This document shows, in pieces, positions 1 through 8,623 of a DNA stretch of 64,000 nt. Within the stretch, counting starts at the first letter, position 1. The number at the start of each line of letters is the position of its first letter. Source of the stretch: a virus. The DNA lies in the IMG/VR virus record IMGVR_UViG_3300030110_005581, one strand, 5' to 3'. The position numbers and the translations under genes were made by a program. A model generated the notes under the pieces. It was given only the letters and a program-made list of their open reading frames with translations, had not been told where the DNA came from and made no database searches.

Positions 1-150
1 AACTTGAAGATATTTAAACTCCAAAAAATTAATGTCCAGCACCTCTCTCATTTGATCTGAAAAGGTGCGACTACTAAAAATTAGTTGGCACAAATTTTCT
101 TGGAAAGCTTTTCCAAATTGAGAAAAATCTTCTTGTTCTGTATAATTCAA
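1..150 (-). CDS. 5' fragment of a CDS running off the left edge; possibly the N-terminus of a gp41/DnaB-like replicative helicase
   Basis: Not in the ORF track. TTG start at 150, AAGGAG RBS at 157-162, open to base 1 (MNYTEQEDFSQFGKAFQENLCQLIFSSRTFSDQMREVLDINFLEFKYLQV), sigma70-like promoter upstream. The helicase call rests only on remembered resemblance of the N-terminus; no catalytic motif is visible. Confidence 0.45.
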   Translation of the reverse strand, partial: MNYTEQEDFSQFGKAFQENLCQLIFSSRTFSDQMREVLDINFLEFKYLQV

Positions 151-171
151 CTACGACTCCTTCTAGTGTTA

Positions 172-200
172 ATACTATTACATTCCCTGTCTCTTGTCAA
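172..200 (-). promoter_or_regulatory. sigma70-like promoter TTGACA-N17-TAGTAT
   Basis: Plus strand tgtcaa 195-200 and atacta 172-177, 17-nt spacer, upstream of the edge CDS. Confidence 0.7.
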
Positions 201-202
201 GC

Positions 203-406
203 TCATAATAAAGAAATTGTCACCCATAGGGCAAAAATCACGACAGGCGGTAAGATTACCCTAACTACGACTGCCCACCCCAATAGGCGTTTTGTTTCAG
301 TGCCTTTTTTAGCCACCAAATAGAGCACAATCAGTGTAAGCCCATTCCAAAATCCGAATTTTTCTTTTTCTGAATTTAGAAAATTAAGTGTCGTTTTTTC
401 AAACAT
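203..406 (-). CDS. small hypothetical membrane protein
   Basis: 67 aa with two hydrophobic stretches (FWNGLTLIVLYLVA; WAVVVRVILPPVVIFALWVTISLL). Confidence 0.55.
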   Translation of the reverse strand: MFEKTTLNFLNSEKEKFGFWNGLTLIVLYLVAKKGTETKRLLGWAVVVRVILPPVVIFALWVTISLL

Positions 407-419
407 GATCTTTTCTTAA

Positions 420-686
420 TCAATCGCGAGCGGGAATAGGCGGCATGGCAGTTCGACCAAAAGGGCTCTTAATTTCGTCTTTCATAAGATCATATTCCTT
501 CAAAGCCACATCTACAGCAAAATTTACCAATGTCTGTTCAATTTTTGCAATAGGACATTTCATGTGTGTAGCAAGCTCTCGAACTTTTTCCCAGTCTTCC
601 TTTACTATTTCAGCCTGAATCTTTTTTGTTGGCTTGCGGCGCATTTTTTTAAAGTAATCTACCAAGCCTCTTTCTGCATTAAACAT
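420..686 (-). CDS. hypothetical protein, possibly ribbon-helix-helix-like
   Basis: ORF track starts at 731, but ATG at 686 (MFNAERG...) has an AAAGGAG RBS. Strand-helix-helix pattern IQAEI-KEDWEKVRELA-IAKIEQTLVNFAV; the fold call is weak. Confidence 0.5.
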   Translation of the reverse strand: MFNAERGLVDYFKKMRRKPTKKIQAEIVKEDWEKVRELATHMKCPIAKIEQTLVNFAVDVALKEYDLMKDEIKSPFGRTAMPPIPARD

Positions 687-746
687 AATGTTGTCTCCTT
701 TTTTTGTTTTTTGATGGCAACTGCCGTCCATTTAGTTTATGTCTAC

Positions 747-775
747 ATCATATACGGTATTTAAGCCCTTGTCAA
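747..775 (-). promoter_or_regulatory. sigma70-like promoter TTGACA-N17-TATGAT
   Basis: tgtcaa 770-775, atcata 747-752. Confidence 0.75.
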
Positions 776-1692
776 GCTAAAAGTTCACGCATTTTAAATA
801 AGCCAATTTCTTTGTGCTTGCACTCCAACATAACATCAACATCAAGACCATGTGTGTCAACAGGGGTCCAATATGAATCGGAGTGCGCTTGTGCACGAAT
901 TTTTGGATCGTTGTGCTCTACGCTGCGATCTTGCGAATAGTGAATAACCGGCTTGACGTCAAACCACGTAGAGGCAGCTAACGACATCGCCTCTTTGTCG
1001 GTGAGGCCACCAGTGCAGAATTTATGATGATGTACATCGTGAACGATAGGAATAAGAATTTCTTTGTGAATATAATCATATAAGTATCGTGTAGACCACA
1101 TGGATGCTTTGTCGTCATTCTCTACAGTAATGCGAGCTTGAGCGGTTTCAGATAGCCTATGGAAGTTGGCACACCAACGCTTGGCAGTGCCTGCGAAGTC
1201 GCCACCGTAAGTGCCACCAACATGAATGTTAATCTTGGCATATGGTGTAGTGGGCAAGCCCATCAGGTCGAACACTTCCGCGTGAGTGTTAAGCTCTTTG
1301 ATGGTGTTCTCTACAACATGCTGCTTGGGAGAGCCAAGCACGTTAAATGGGCCTGGGTGTGTTGTGATGCGATGATCATTGTCATAAGCAAAATTACCTG
1401 CTTCCTGCAGTGCTGCACAAATATCATCATAGTCAGGCAATTCTTTGAGTTCGTATTCAGAAGCCCACGGAAACAAGTCGGATGACAAGCGAAAGAAACG
1501 GATATCATTCGCGTGATTCCATTTAAGAACCTTGAGCAAGTCACGGCAGTTTTGCAGTGCCAGCTCTGATGCGTATGGCAGGCCGCGTTCTTGAAACGTG
1601 CGCTTGATCATAGAGCGGTTTGTTGTTACGCGCTTTGATTTAGGAAGCGCAGAAAAGTGCATATTAATACAAGCATAGCCTAAGTTGGTCAC
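772..1692 (-). CDS. uvsE: UV DNA damage endonuclease (UvsE/UVDE family)
   Basis: LGYACIN start, [59 protein letters not shown] are typical UVDE TIM-barrel motifs; GTG start with GGAG RBS. Confidence 0.93.
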   Translation of the reverse strand: MTNLGYACINMHFSALPKSKRVTTNRSMIKRTFQERGLPYASELALQNCRDLLKVLKWNHANDIRFFRLSSDLFPWASEYELKELPDYDDICAALQEAGNFAYDNDHRITTHPGPFNVLGSPKQHVVENTIKELNTHAEVFDLMGLPTTPYAKINIHVGGTYGGDFAGTAKRWCANFHRLSETAQARITVENDDKASMWSTRYLYDYIHKEILIPIVHDVHHHKFCTGGLTDKEAMSLAASTWFDVKPVIHYSQDRSVEHNDPKIRAQAHSDSYWTPVDTHGLDVDVMLECKHKEIGLFKMRELLA

Positions 1693-1718
1693 TGTGTTTT
1701 CTCCATGTCATTAGTTTG

Positions 1719-1795
<77 letters not shown>

Positions 1796-1804
1796 AATAA
1801 ACAA

Positions 1805-1833
1805 ATACTACCACAACAATCCGAAAATGTCAA
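1805..1833 (-). promoter_or_regulatory. sigma70-like promoter for the tRNA, TTGACA-N17-TAGTAT with extended -10 TGn
   Basis: tgtcaa 1828-1833, atacta 1805-1810, 9 nt upstream of the tRNA 5' end. Confidence 0.8.
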
Positions 1834-1849
1834 AACAAATTTTCACTTT

Positions 1850-3166
1850 TTAACAAAAGTCGCGACCCTCAAGCGCAGACTCAATCATGAGTTTTTGCAT
1901 TTCCTTATCTTGCCAATAGTCTCGGCATTGCGTGTCGGGAAGCAGGTGCAGTGGGTCAAAATACAAAAACTTCTTGCCTGGCTTTACGCTAGGTGCCGCC
2001 CAAACACTTATTCCCGTCATAATATCGTACCACTCGCAGGAGTGCACATCACGTTTTCCGCCTCCCCCTGGGGCGTCTACTACAAAAGTGGGGGTATTAA
2101 AGCCGGCGGTTGTCCCTCTCACACGCTTTTCAAGATCCATCGCAGTCTTAACTGTGGTCCTCATGTCTTCTGTGCCAGCAGTCAAGTCGTGAACATAAAC
2201 ATAATATGGCTGTACATTAATATAGCTTAATTTTTTAACTAACGGAATCATTGTTTCTGGAGTGTCGTTAACAGAATTTTGGAAAACCGACTGATTTCTA
2301 ACCTTAATTCCCCTAGAGAATAAAAGGTTCATAGCGTCTTGAGTTATTTTAGTTATTTCGCTTACATGGTTGAAGTGGGTGTGAATGCACACCTCTTTAT
2401 ATTGAGATCTCGCTTTGTCTGCAACCCTCACAACAGCGTCTGTCCAAGCCGTGTCAGTTATTATTTTCATGGGCATTACTGATATGCCTTTTGTTGCAAA
2501 CCTAAATCGCCTAATGTGGTCAATTTTTAAAAGCTCTTCTCCTATCTCTGTCACCTGCGATGCCTTGAGACGAAATGCGTCACCGCCACTTATAACAACA
2601 TCTTGAATTTGCTTATTCTCTCTCAAGTACTTAAACATATCCGCCCATCGGTCCCGATTGGCCTTAATAGAAACCTTCCCAGTAGTAGCGGTATCGCTCC
2701 CAACTGCATATGCGCGAGTGCAGTACCGACAGTACACGGGGCATGTATCCAGCGCGAGAAACAAAACCTTATCCTCATAGCGATGAGTGAGTCCTTTTAT
2801 CGGAGAATCGTCCTGCTCGTTTAAACTATCAAAGCGCATCATTGGGTGATCGGGCTTTAGGTGGGACGCTAGCGTGAGGAACTGCTTCCTTATTGGACAA
2901 TTGAATGGATCTTCCCAGTCCATCAGAGAAAGCAAGTACGGAGTGATCCGTGTAGTCATGGGAGCCTTCTGGAATCCCATCTTTGCATCTTCCAGGAACT
3001 CGTCACTGGCAAGGTCGGCAATTGTTTTAAGCAGTTTCTTGTGGGTGGTGATGGCATTCTTTTCCTGCCACTTGTAATCTATGAATGTTTGGTAATCCAC
3101 ACCACTCCAGAGAGGAATCTCTCTCCAAAACTCATCATTCCTGAAATTTTGCCATAACAGATTCAT
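1850..3166 (-). CDS. kamA: KamA-family radical SAM/PLP amino-acid 2,3-aminomutase (lysine 2,3-aminomutase-like)
   Basis: CPVYCRYCTR radical-SAM motif, THRYEDKVL, VVISGGDA, IHTHFNH, NQSVF, PYYVY, PTFVVDAPGGGGK, and a KamA-type N-terminus (W-GV...WQEKNAI). 438 aa, full length. Confidence 0.92.
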   Translation of the reverse strand: MNLLWQNFRNDEFWREIPLWSGVDYQTFIDYKWQEKNAITTHKKLLKTIADLASDEFLEDAKMGFQKAPMTTRITPYLLSLMDWEDPFNCPIRKQFLTLASHLKPDHPMMRFDSLNEQDDSPIKGLTHRYEDKVLFLALDTCPVYCRYCTRAYAVGSDTATTGKVSIKANRDRWADMFKYLRENKQIQDVVISGGDAFRLKASQVTEIGEELLKIDHIRRFRFATKGISVMPMKIITDTAWTDAVVRVADKARSQYKEVCIHTHFNHVSEITKITQDAMNLLFSRGIKVRNQSVFQNSVNDTPETMIPLVKKLSYINVQPYYVYVHDLTAGTEDMRTTVKTAMDLEKRVRGTTAGFNTPTFVVDAPGGGGKRDVHSCEWYDIMTGISVWAAPSVKPGKKFLYFDPLHLLPDTQCRDYWQDKEMQKLMIESALEGRDFC

Positions 3167-3170
3167 ATTT

Positions 3171-3178
3171 TAAATAGC
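3171..3178 (-). promoter_or_regulatory. copy of putative late motif (GCTATTTA), 4 nt before the kamA ATG
   Basis: Plus strand taaatagc; kamA has no SD. Confidence 0.35.
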
Positions 3179-3201
3179 ACATTGAGTGGCAATTGCAGTT
3201 T

Positions 3202-3414
3202 TTATTCTCCACAACTAACAATTTTATAGTCCCTGTAAAAGAAAACCTTTTGACCCTCGCGAGGAGTGCATGCTGAGTGGAAAAGTGAGACAGTGGAATA
3301 TTTCACCTTGCCTCGTGTCTTATATCTAACTGTCACTTCATCTCCGTCTATTTGGTGCACAAACCCAACCATAAGAAGGAATGTCAAAAAGTTTCTAATC
3401 CCTGCCGTAATCAT
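3202..3414 (-). CDS. small hypothetical protein with hydrophobic N-terminus
   Basis: 70 aa, overlaps the end of the cupin gene, co-oriented; OB-like beta pattern possible. Confidence 0.5.
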   Translation of the reverse strand: MITAGIRNFLTFLLMVGFVHQIDGDEVTVRYKTRGKVKYSTVSLFHSACTPREGQKVFFYRDYKIVSCGE

Positions 3415-3742
3415 CCTGAATCCTTACAACATCTTCAAGTTCCGGAGTCGACACCTCTATTAAAGTACATCCAGCGGAAGGTGCACAAAATCGATGAACT
3501 ACTCCAGGCTGAATGTGATATGAGGCGCCCTTCACCATTATCAACCTCTCCATCTTTGTTTCATGGCCAATTTCTAGCACAAGCTCCCCATCTAAAACAT
3601 AGATAGTTTCGTCTTTTACTTCATGGTATTGGCGAGAAAGGCGCCCTCCTGGCTTGATTACCAAAAGTTTTCCTACATATCTGTGTGTTTGGGCCCATAT
3701 TTCTTCATGGCCCCACGGTTTATCAACTCTATAAGTTTTCAT
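3395..3742 (-). CDS. cupin-domain protein (mannose-6-phosphate isomerase type II C-terminal-like)
   Basis: VDKPWGHEE, SRQYHEVKDETIYV and PGVVHRF cupin motifs. Likely start MKTYRV at 3742 (TAATG overlap with the cysK stop, GGGAGG RBS); ORF track starts at 3757. Confidence 0.85.
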   Translation of the reverse strand: MKTYRVDKPWGHEEIWAQTHRYVGKLLVIKPGGRLSRQYHEVKDETIYVLDGELVLEIGHETKMERLIMVKGASYHIQPGVVHRFCAPSAGCTLIEVSTPELEDVVRIQDDYGRD

Positions 3743-4647
3743 TATTTCCCCTCCCAAGGGCGCCCATCTTCTTCCCCAAAGCAGCTTAGGTATCGTTCAC
3801 CCCGATCACACAAAAAAGTCACCACGACACCCTTTGGTGAATTTTGTTTGACCCACCTCTCTGCGGCCAAAATATTTGCACCAGAAGAAATTCCAACGAG
3901 GAGTCCACTATTTTGAGCTAGCTGGCGGGACCGGTCAAGTGCTGCCTGCGTCTTTACTTCACAAATCTCGTCGACCTTTTCCATGTCGCATAAAAAGTCT
4001 GCCCCATCGTTAATACCTTGAATTCCATGAGTGCTAGCTGATTCGCTGGGCTTTACCAGAACAGTCTTCATGTCCGACCACAAGCGTGTTAAATAATTAT
4101 GACACCCCATTATGGTGCCGCCCGTCCCAGACCCACAAATCAAAGCAGAAAGCTTTCGCGGAGAGCCAATATCCTCCAGCCCCAGCACTTCATGAGCTAT
4201 CTCTTTAGCTGTAGTTTCCTGATGGCACTGAATATTATAGAGATTGCTAAATTGCATGGGCGACCAGTATGTGCCAAAATTATTGACAAGTTCATTTCTG
4301 GTCTTTATCGCGTCTTTAAAATCGTTATCCCCCACCTCAATAATAGTCGCACCAAACATTTTCATCATTTGTTTGCGCTCCTCGCTCATGTTGCGAGGCA
4401 TCACAATAATACAGTTATAGCCGCGCTGAGCCGCAAACATAGAAAATGAAATTCCAGTATTTCCAGAAGAGGCTTCTACGATCGTATAACCTCCTCTCAA
4501 GTCCCCGCTCTCTTCGGCCTTTTTTATAATGTACGAGGCCATGCGATCTTTAATCGAGCCTGAAGGGTTGAAGGTTTCTAATTTGGCATATATTTTATCA
4601 CTTATTTTAAGCAAAGGGGTGTTGCCCACGCACTCATTAATATTCAT
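3742..4647 (-). CDS. cysK: cysteine synthase (O-acetylserine sulfhydrylase CysK/CysM family, PLP)
   Basis: VGNTPL, KLETFNPSGSIKDR (PLP lysine), EASSGNTG, GSGTGGT, HGIQGI, GISSGAN, CDRGERYLS. Confidence 0.93.
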   Translation of the reverse strand: MNINECVGNTPLLKISDKIYAKLETFNPSGSIKDRMASYIIKKAEESGDLRGGYTIVEASSGNTGISFSMFAAQRGYNCIIVMPRNMSEERKQMMKMFGATIIEVGDNDFKDAIKTRNELVNNFGTYWSPMQFSNLYNIQCHQETTAKEIAHEVLGLEDIGSPRKLSALICGSGTGGTIMGCHNYLTRLWSDMKTVLVKPSESASTHGIQGINDGADFLCDMEKVDEICEVKTQAALDRSRQLAQNSGLLVGISSGANILAAERWVKQNSPKGVVVTFLCDRGERYLSCFGEEDGRPWEGK

Positions 4648-4655
4648 ATTTTCAT

Positions 4656-5612
4656 TTATTTCCTTGTAATAATCTTCCGGAAAGCGGTATAAAGATCGTT
4701 CCAGTTTGTTTTTCCAATCCCGTCTTCGAGCATCATACCATTTGTAAGAGTCTTATTAAAGGTTAGTTCTGTGTCTCGAATTGTTGTTTTTATCTTTGTT
4801 TTGTTTTGCACCGAGATGCTTGGGGCGTATAGTTGCATCAGTTGATAGTTTTCTTTAATTAAAGCTTCGCTCTCTACAATATTTGTATATGCCTTTAGCG
4901 TTAAATTTGAATTCTCGCAGAACTCAACTACTTTGTCGATGCCATAAGTCTTCTCTTCTTTGAGGAAGGGCAATCTTTTTGCGACTGTCGCCAAGCCCAC
5001 ACCTGGAACGCCATCTAGATTGTCGCTTTTATCCCCTACGATGGCGCGTGCTATCGCAAAATTTGTAGGATGTATTCCGTACTTCTCAATAATGTTGTTT
5101 TTATTTAACACTTCCTTTTGTGTTGGTCGATATGCTACGGTCTTATCATCTAAAAGCTGAAAGAAATCTTTATCGCTCGACACAATGACTTTCTGCCAGT
5201 CTTCAAAATCTGGTAGTTGTGCTACGAGAGATATCACATCATCGGCCTCTGCTCCATCAGAAACTAGTTGTGTTATTGGGAAGTTGTTTAGATATTCGAC
5301 AAGACGTATTTGTTGCCAAACCTTGTTCTGAAGCTCTTCTTCTTCTGTAAGGTTTTTGATATCGCGATTAAGACGCAGAGGCTTCCTGCCCTCTTTGTAG
5401 TTCTTATTTACGATCTTACGCCTGGCGCTTCCTCCTTTACCGTCCCAGCAGATAACAACCCGATCAGGGCTAATTTCTCGACAAAGTTTTTGTAAAATTT
5501 TAAGAAACCCAACAGTGCCGCCAATGGGGTCGCCATTTGTAGACAAAGTTGGGTTTACAATATAAGCCCTCAAAAATTGATTGAGGGCGTCAATAATCAT
5601 TATTCTCTTCAT
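4656..5612 (-). CDS. 5'-3' exonuclease/flap endonuclease (Pol I N-terminal domain / T4 RNase H-like)
   Basis: IIDALN, CWDGKGGSARRK...YKEGR, EADDVI, IVSSDKDFFQL, GDKSDNLDGVPGVG helix-hairpin-helix. Confidence 0.92.
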   Translation of the reverse strand: MKRIMIIDALNQFLRAYIVNPTLSTNGDPIGGTVGFLKILQKLCREISPDRVVICWDGKGGSARRKIVNKNYKEGRKPLRLNRDIKNLTEEEELQNKVWQQIRLVEYLNNFPITQLVSDGAEADDVISLVAQLPDFEDWQKVIVSSDKDFFQLLDDKTVAYRPTQKEVLNKNNIIEKYGIHPTNFAIARAIVGDKSDNLDGVPGVGLATVAKRLPFLKEEKTYGIDKVVEFCENSNLTLKAYTNIVESEALIKENYQLMQLYAPSISVQNKTKIKTTIRDTELTFNKTLTNGMMLEDGIGKTNWNDLYTAFRKIITRK

Positions 5613-5619
5613 AAAGAGT

Positions 5620-5648
5620 ATACTACCAAATCAAATCAGTTTTGTCAA
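5620..5648 (-). promoter_or_regulatory. sigma70-like promoter TTGACA-N17-TAGTAT giving a probably leaderless exonuclease mRNA
   Basis: tgtcaa 5643-5648, atacta 5620-5625; ATG lies 7 nt after the -10, no SD. Confidence 0.75.
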
Positions 5649-5658
5649 TAGTTTTTTT

Positions 5659-6048
5659 CTACTTTTTACGATTGGCCACAGTCTGAGCGCCTTTTGCAAA
5701 AGAAGCCTGTCGGACTGTTTTTGTGTCGTACTCATCAGTATTCGCCAAAACTTTTCGAGCAAATTGCTGGGCGGTCATGCCGCGCTTTTTAGCTTTTGCT
5801 GTAAAAACACCTTCAGTGCCTTTCTTTTCTATCTCGTCTGCTGCGGCAACAAAGCCGTCGTCATCCTCTTGCATAAATGCTCGATCAGAAATACCTTCTT
5901 GTTCTTTGGCAGCTGCATCTGCTATTCCAGTACCCAAGCTGTCTTCTTGAAGTGCCTTAATAAAGTTTTCTTCATGATCTATGCCGCCCATGACAAGCTG
6001 AAGTTCTTCTTTGATGATTTGTTTTAATTTTGTTTTGGTTAATTTCAT
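5659..6048 (-). CDS. hypothetical protein with MKLTKTKLKQIIKEE N-terminal motif
   Basis: Shared N-terminal motif with the two upstream genes; basic C-terminal domain (GVFTAKAKKRGMTAQQFARKVL). Confidence 0.8.
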   Translation of the reverse strand: MKLTKTKLKQIIKEELQLVMGGIDHEENFIKALQEDSLGTGIADAAAKEQEGISDRAFMQEDDDGFVAAADEIEKKGTEGVFTAKAKKRGMTAQQFARKVLANTDEYDTKTVRQASFAKGAQTVANRKK

Positions 6049-6051
6049 TGG

Positions 6052-6453
6052 TTAGTCCTTCCTAGATCCAGGTGGATATATTCTATCGGCCATGTCGACC
6101 CTGCCTTGATGAAATTCCTCGTCTTTTCTAGAATCTACATTAGCTTTAATTTCTCTGAACTGTTCAACCACTCGCATAATGTTTGCTAACCAGCGAGTTT
6201 CGTAGCCTTCTTCCATGTCAGCCAACATTGCTATTGTGCTCGGGCCAACAGATTCGTTCCCCGCTCTGTAGTTAATTCCAAGAAGGGCCTTCTTGTCCTC
6301 ATCAGTGAGAAGGCCCACTTCATCGCGGGCACCCCTCATAAACTGAAAAAACATATCGTCGTGCCTGTCAAATTCTCCACCTCGGGAATCACCCATCATA
6401 CTAGACGCCTCTTCTTTAATGAGCTGCTTAAGCTGTTCTTTAGTTATTTTCAT
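6052..6453 (-). CDS. hypothetical protein with MKITKEQLKQLIKEE N-terminal motif
   Basis: Tandem with neighbours (3-5 nt gaps); shared motif. Confidence 0.8.
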   Translation of the reverse strand: MKITKEQLKQLIKEEASSMMGDSRGGEFDRHDDMFFQFMRGARDEVGLLTDEDKKALLGINYRAGNESVGPSTIAMLADMEEGYETRWLANIMRVVEQFREIKANVDSRKDEEFHQGRVDMADRIYPPGSRKD

Positions 6454-6458
6454 GCTTA

Positions 6459-7052
6459 CTAGTCCTCATATTCTCTTTGCGACACTTTTATAACCTTAGC
6501 TAGAAATTTTTCAGACGTAGAATACCCGTGGGTTGCATAGAATTCACCCTCACCATCAAGCTTTTCCACGTTAGTTTCATATCCATCATCTGAAATTTGC
6601 ACTTCGACAAGATCCCCTACGTTATATTCAGAGCCCCCTTCGTCGAACTCTTCTCGCAGAAATGACTCCATAATCACCTCCTCACGGTCATCTTCTGCTG
6701 TGTTCATGCGGGGTTCGTCATCAAACTCGTCATCAAGAAATTCGCCAAGGCCCACTGTTCCAGCTAAATCATCATTAACAAAATTATCAACAGTGGCCTG
6801 AAGTACTTCGATAATTTCTTTTCGTGCGTCCTCTTTTGTGAAAGAGCCAAATTCTTCCGGCTTTTCTTGATAGTAGTCGATCACATCCATGCCAATGTCA
6901 ATAAAAATTCTTCTCATGGCGTCAAGATGATCGTCCCACGTTACATTCTTTGAGTCGTCTAGCCCTGAAGGATTAAAAGGCTTCTGTGGCCTGTCTGAAC
7001 CTTCCAGTTCTTCTCTAATAATTCTTTGTAAATCTTCTCTGGTAATCTTCAC
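6459..7052 (-). CDS. acidic hypothetical protein with MKITREDLQRIIREE N-terminal motif
   Basis: GTG start, AGGAGA RBS at 7061-7066; shared motif; very acidic. Confidence 0.8.
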   Translation of the reverse strand: MKITREDLQRIIREELEGSDRPQKPFNPSGLDDSKNVTWDDHLDAMRRIFIDIGMDVIDYYQEKPEEFGSFTKEDARKEIIEVLQATVDNFVNDDLAGTVGLGEFLDDEFDDEPRMNTAEDDREEVIMESFLREEFDEGGSEYNVGDLVEVQISDDGYETNVEKLDGEGEFYATHGYSTSEKFLAKVIKVSQREYED

Positions 7053-7082
7053 GGACGCAATCTCCTCTTTGCTAAGTACTAC

Positions 7083-7090
7083 TAAATAGT
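7083..7090 (-). promoter_or_regulatory. putative late promoter motif ACTATTTA
   Basis: Plus strand taaatagt, about 30 nt upstream of the motif-protein triplet. Confidence 0.55.
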
Positions 7091-7103
7091 ACGCAAAACT
7101 GGT

Positions 7104-8207
7104 TTATTCCTCATCTTCGTAGAAAGATTCTGCAGAGCCGGATCGATCATCAAATTTAAGAATAATCTCCTCATCCATGACTTCCAGCACCCTCTTTTTG
7201 AACTTCGGATCTTCGAGCTTTTTCTTCCAACCTGCGCTCTGAAACTTGTCAGATGTACCGTCTCCATATTCTAGGGTAAACCATGCGCCACTGTTGGATA
7301 GACTTTTTGAACCTTTGATTGCATCCAGCCAACTTTCCTCATCTTGGACTCCAATTTCGTCGCCCCACAAGATCTTAAAGTTGCACTGTCTTCCAGCCGT
7401 ACCAAAGCGAGACTTTTCAAGTTTTACTTTCACTTCGGATCCAATTCGGAAACCTTTATCATCAGTGATGAAAGATGCCTTTGCTTTGCGCCCTGTGAGC
7501 CACACACGCAAAGAGTAGGCATAAACCATAGCTTTGCCCCCTGGCGTCATGTAAGGCGTTGTGAGGGCCTCTGAGGGGCTCCTGGTGATGTTTGTTTTAA
7601 GCTGGTTTAAGACTAGAAAGGTTGACTGACTGTTTGCAATTGGAACCGTCAGTTTTGACATTCCCTTTGCAAGGATTCTTGCCTTTACAGCCATCGATGA
7701 GAGAGGATTGAAGTCTCCCTCAATATCTGAAACGGCCGGCGTCAAGGCCAGAGAGTCCCAAATAAACAGCATTTTGTTTTCATTTGAACCGAGAAGCTCC
7801 TCGATTGTTTCTAGCACAAATTCGACAGACGTCGCCTGTACATATAAGAGATTGTCTACGTTGCAGCCTGCCTTCTCTAGAAAGCTGGGGTCGATCGCAG
7901 ACTCTGAATCGAAATAAACCACATCGATGCCCATGCTCTGAGCATTTGCAGCAACCTGTGCGGCCATATATGATTTACCAGTAGCCTCTAGCCCTGCAAT
8001 CTCCACAATCTTCCCCACAGGAATTCCTGCAAGCCGACCTCTACAAATAATACTATCCAACCAGCGAGAGCCAGTTGGAATCCAGTCTTTTACGATTGTT
8101 GGGCTATCTTCATTTAAATTGTGCGCTACGTTAATTCCGGCCTTTTTGTTGATAAGCTTACGCATATCTGCAATAGATAATTTACCGGCTTTTTTTGCTT
8201 TAGCCAT
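7104..8207 (-). CDS. uvsX: RecA/UvsX recombinase
   Basis: IPTGSRWLD, Walker A GLEATGKS, YFDSESA, IWDSLA, VLNQLK, TPGGKAMVY, KSRFG. Confidence 0.95.
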   Translation of the reverse strand: MAKAKKAGKLSIADMRKLINKKAGINVAHNLNEDSPTIVKDWIPTGSRWLDSIICRGRLAGIPVGKIVEIAGLEATGKSYMAAQVAANAQSMGIDVVYFDSESAIDPSFLEKAGCNVDNLLYVQATSVEFVLETIEELLGSNENKMLFIWDSLALTPAVSDIEGDFNPLSSMAVKARILAKGMSKLTVPIANSQSTFLVLNQLKTNITRSPSEALTTPYMTPGGKAMVYAYSLRVWLTGRKAKASFITDDKGFRIGSEVKVKLEKSRFGTAGRQCNFKILWGDEIGVQDEESWLDAIKGSKSLSNSGAWFTLEYGDGTSDKFQSAGWKKKLEDPKFKKRVLEVMDEEIILKFDDRSGSAESFYEDEE

Positions 8208-8232
8208 TCTAACTCCTGTTTGTGTGTAAGGT

Positions 8233-8265
8233 GGGACACCTATATACCCCCGTGCCCCCCTGCGG
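8233..8265 (-). repeat. hairpin element copy 1 (CCGCAGG-stem-GGG..AG-stem)
   Basis: Minus strand CCGCAGG GGGGCAC GGGGGTATATAG GTGTCCC; near-identical to copy 2. Confidence 0.65.
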
Positions 8266-8274
8266 GTGAAGATA

Positions 8275-8499
8275 TTACTCTGCCGTGGCAGTGTCTGTTG
8301 GGCTGACTTCTACATCAACCTCAACCGACGCGTCTGCGGCAGCATCAGCATTATCAGCATCAGCATCAGAAACCTCAACAACAGCGTCTGTCGGCTGCGC
8401 GACATCTGGTGCTGGGGTTGGTGCATCTTCCTTATCATTGCCACATGCACCAAGTGCAAAGGCTGCGAGACACATCAGTGTCACTATTAAATACTTCAT
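8275..8499 (-). CDS. small acidic lipoprotein
   Basis: Signal peptide with lipobox MKYLIVTLMCLAAFALGA-C; Ala/Asp/Pro-rich mature part; AGGA RBS. Confidence 0.75.
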   Translation of the reverse strand: MKYLIVTLMCLAAFALGACGNDKEDAPTPAPDVAQPTDAVVEVSDADADNADAAADASVEVDVEVSPTDTATAE

Positions 8500-8527
8500 G
8501 AAATTATATCCTCTTTTTTTTGAAATT

Positions 8528-8558
8528 GAGGCACCTGTAAGCCCGTGCCTCCCTGCGG
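8528..8558 (-). repeat. hairpin element copy 2
   Basis: Minus strand CCGCAGG GAGGCAC GGGCTTACAG GTGCCTC. Confidence 0.65.
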
Positions 8559-8623
8559 CTTTATCAAGCCTGCTAGCTTCTGCTTCTAACTTTCAACATG
8601 CAAACTGATTTTAGTAAACTCAA

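Noticed and set aside
8275-8499. Bacteroidota lipoprotein export signal (K-E-D after the lipid Cys) as evidence of host
   Set aside because: Too short to be significant in an acidic protein, and contradicted by sigma70-type promoters and SD usage.
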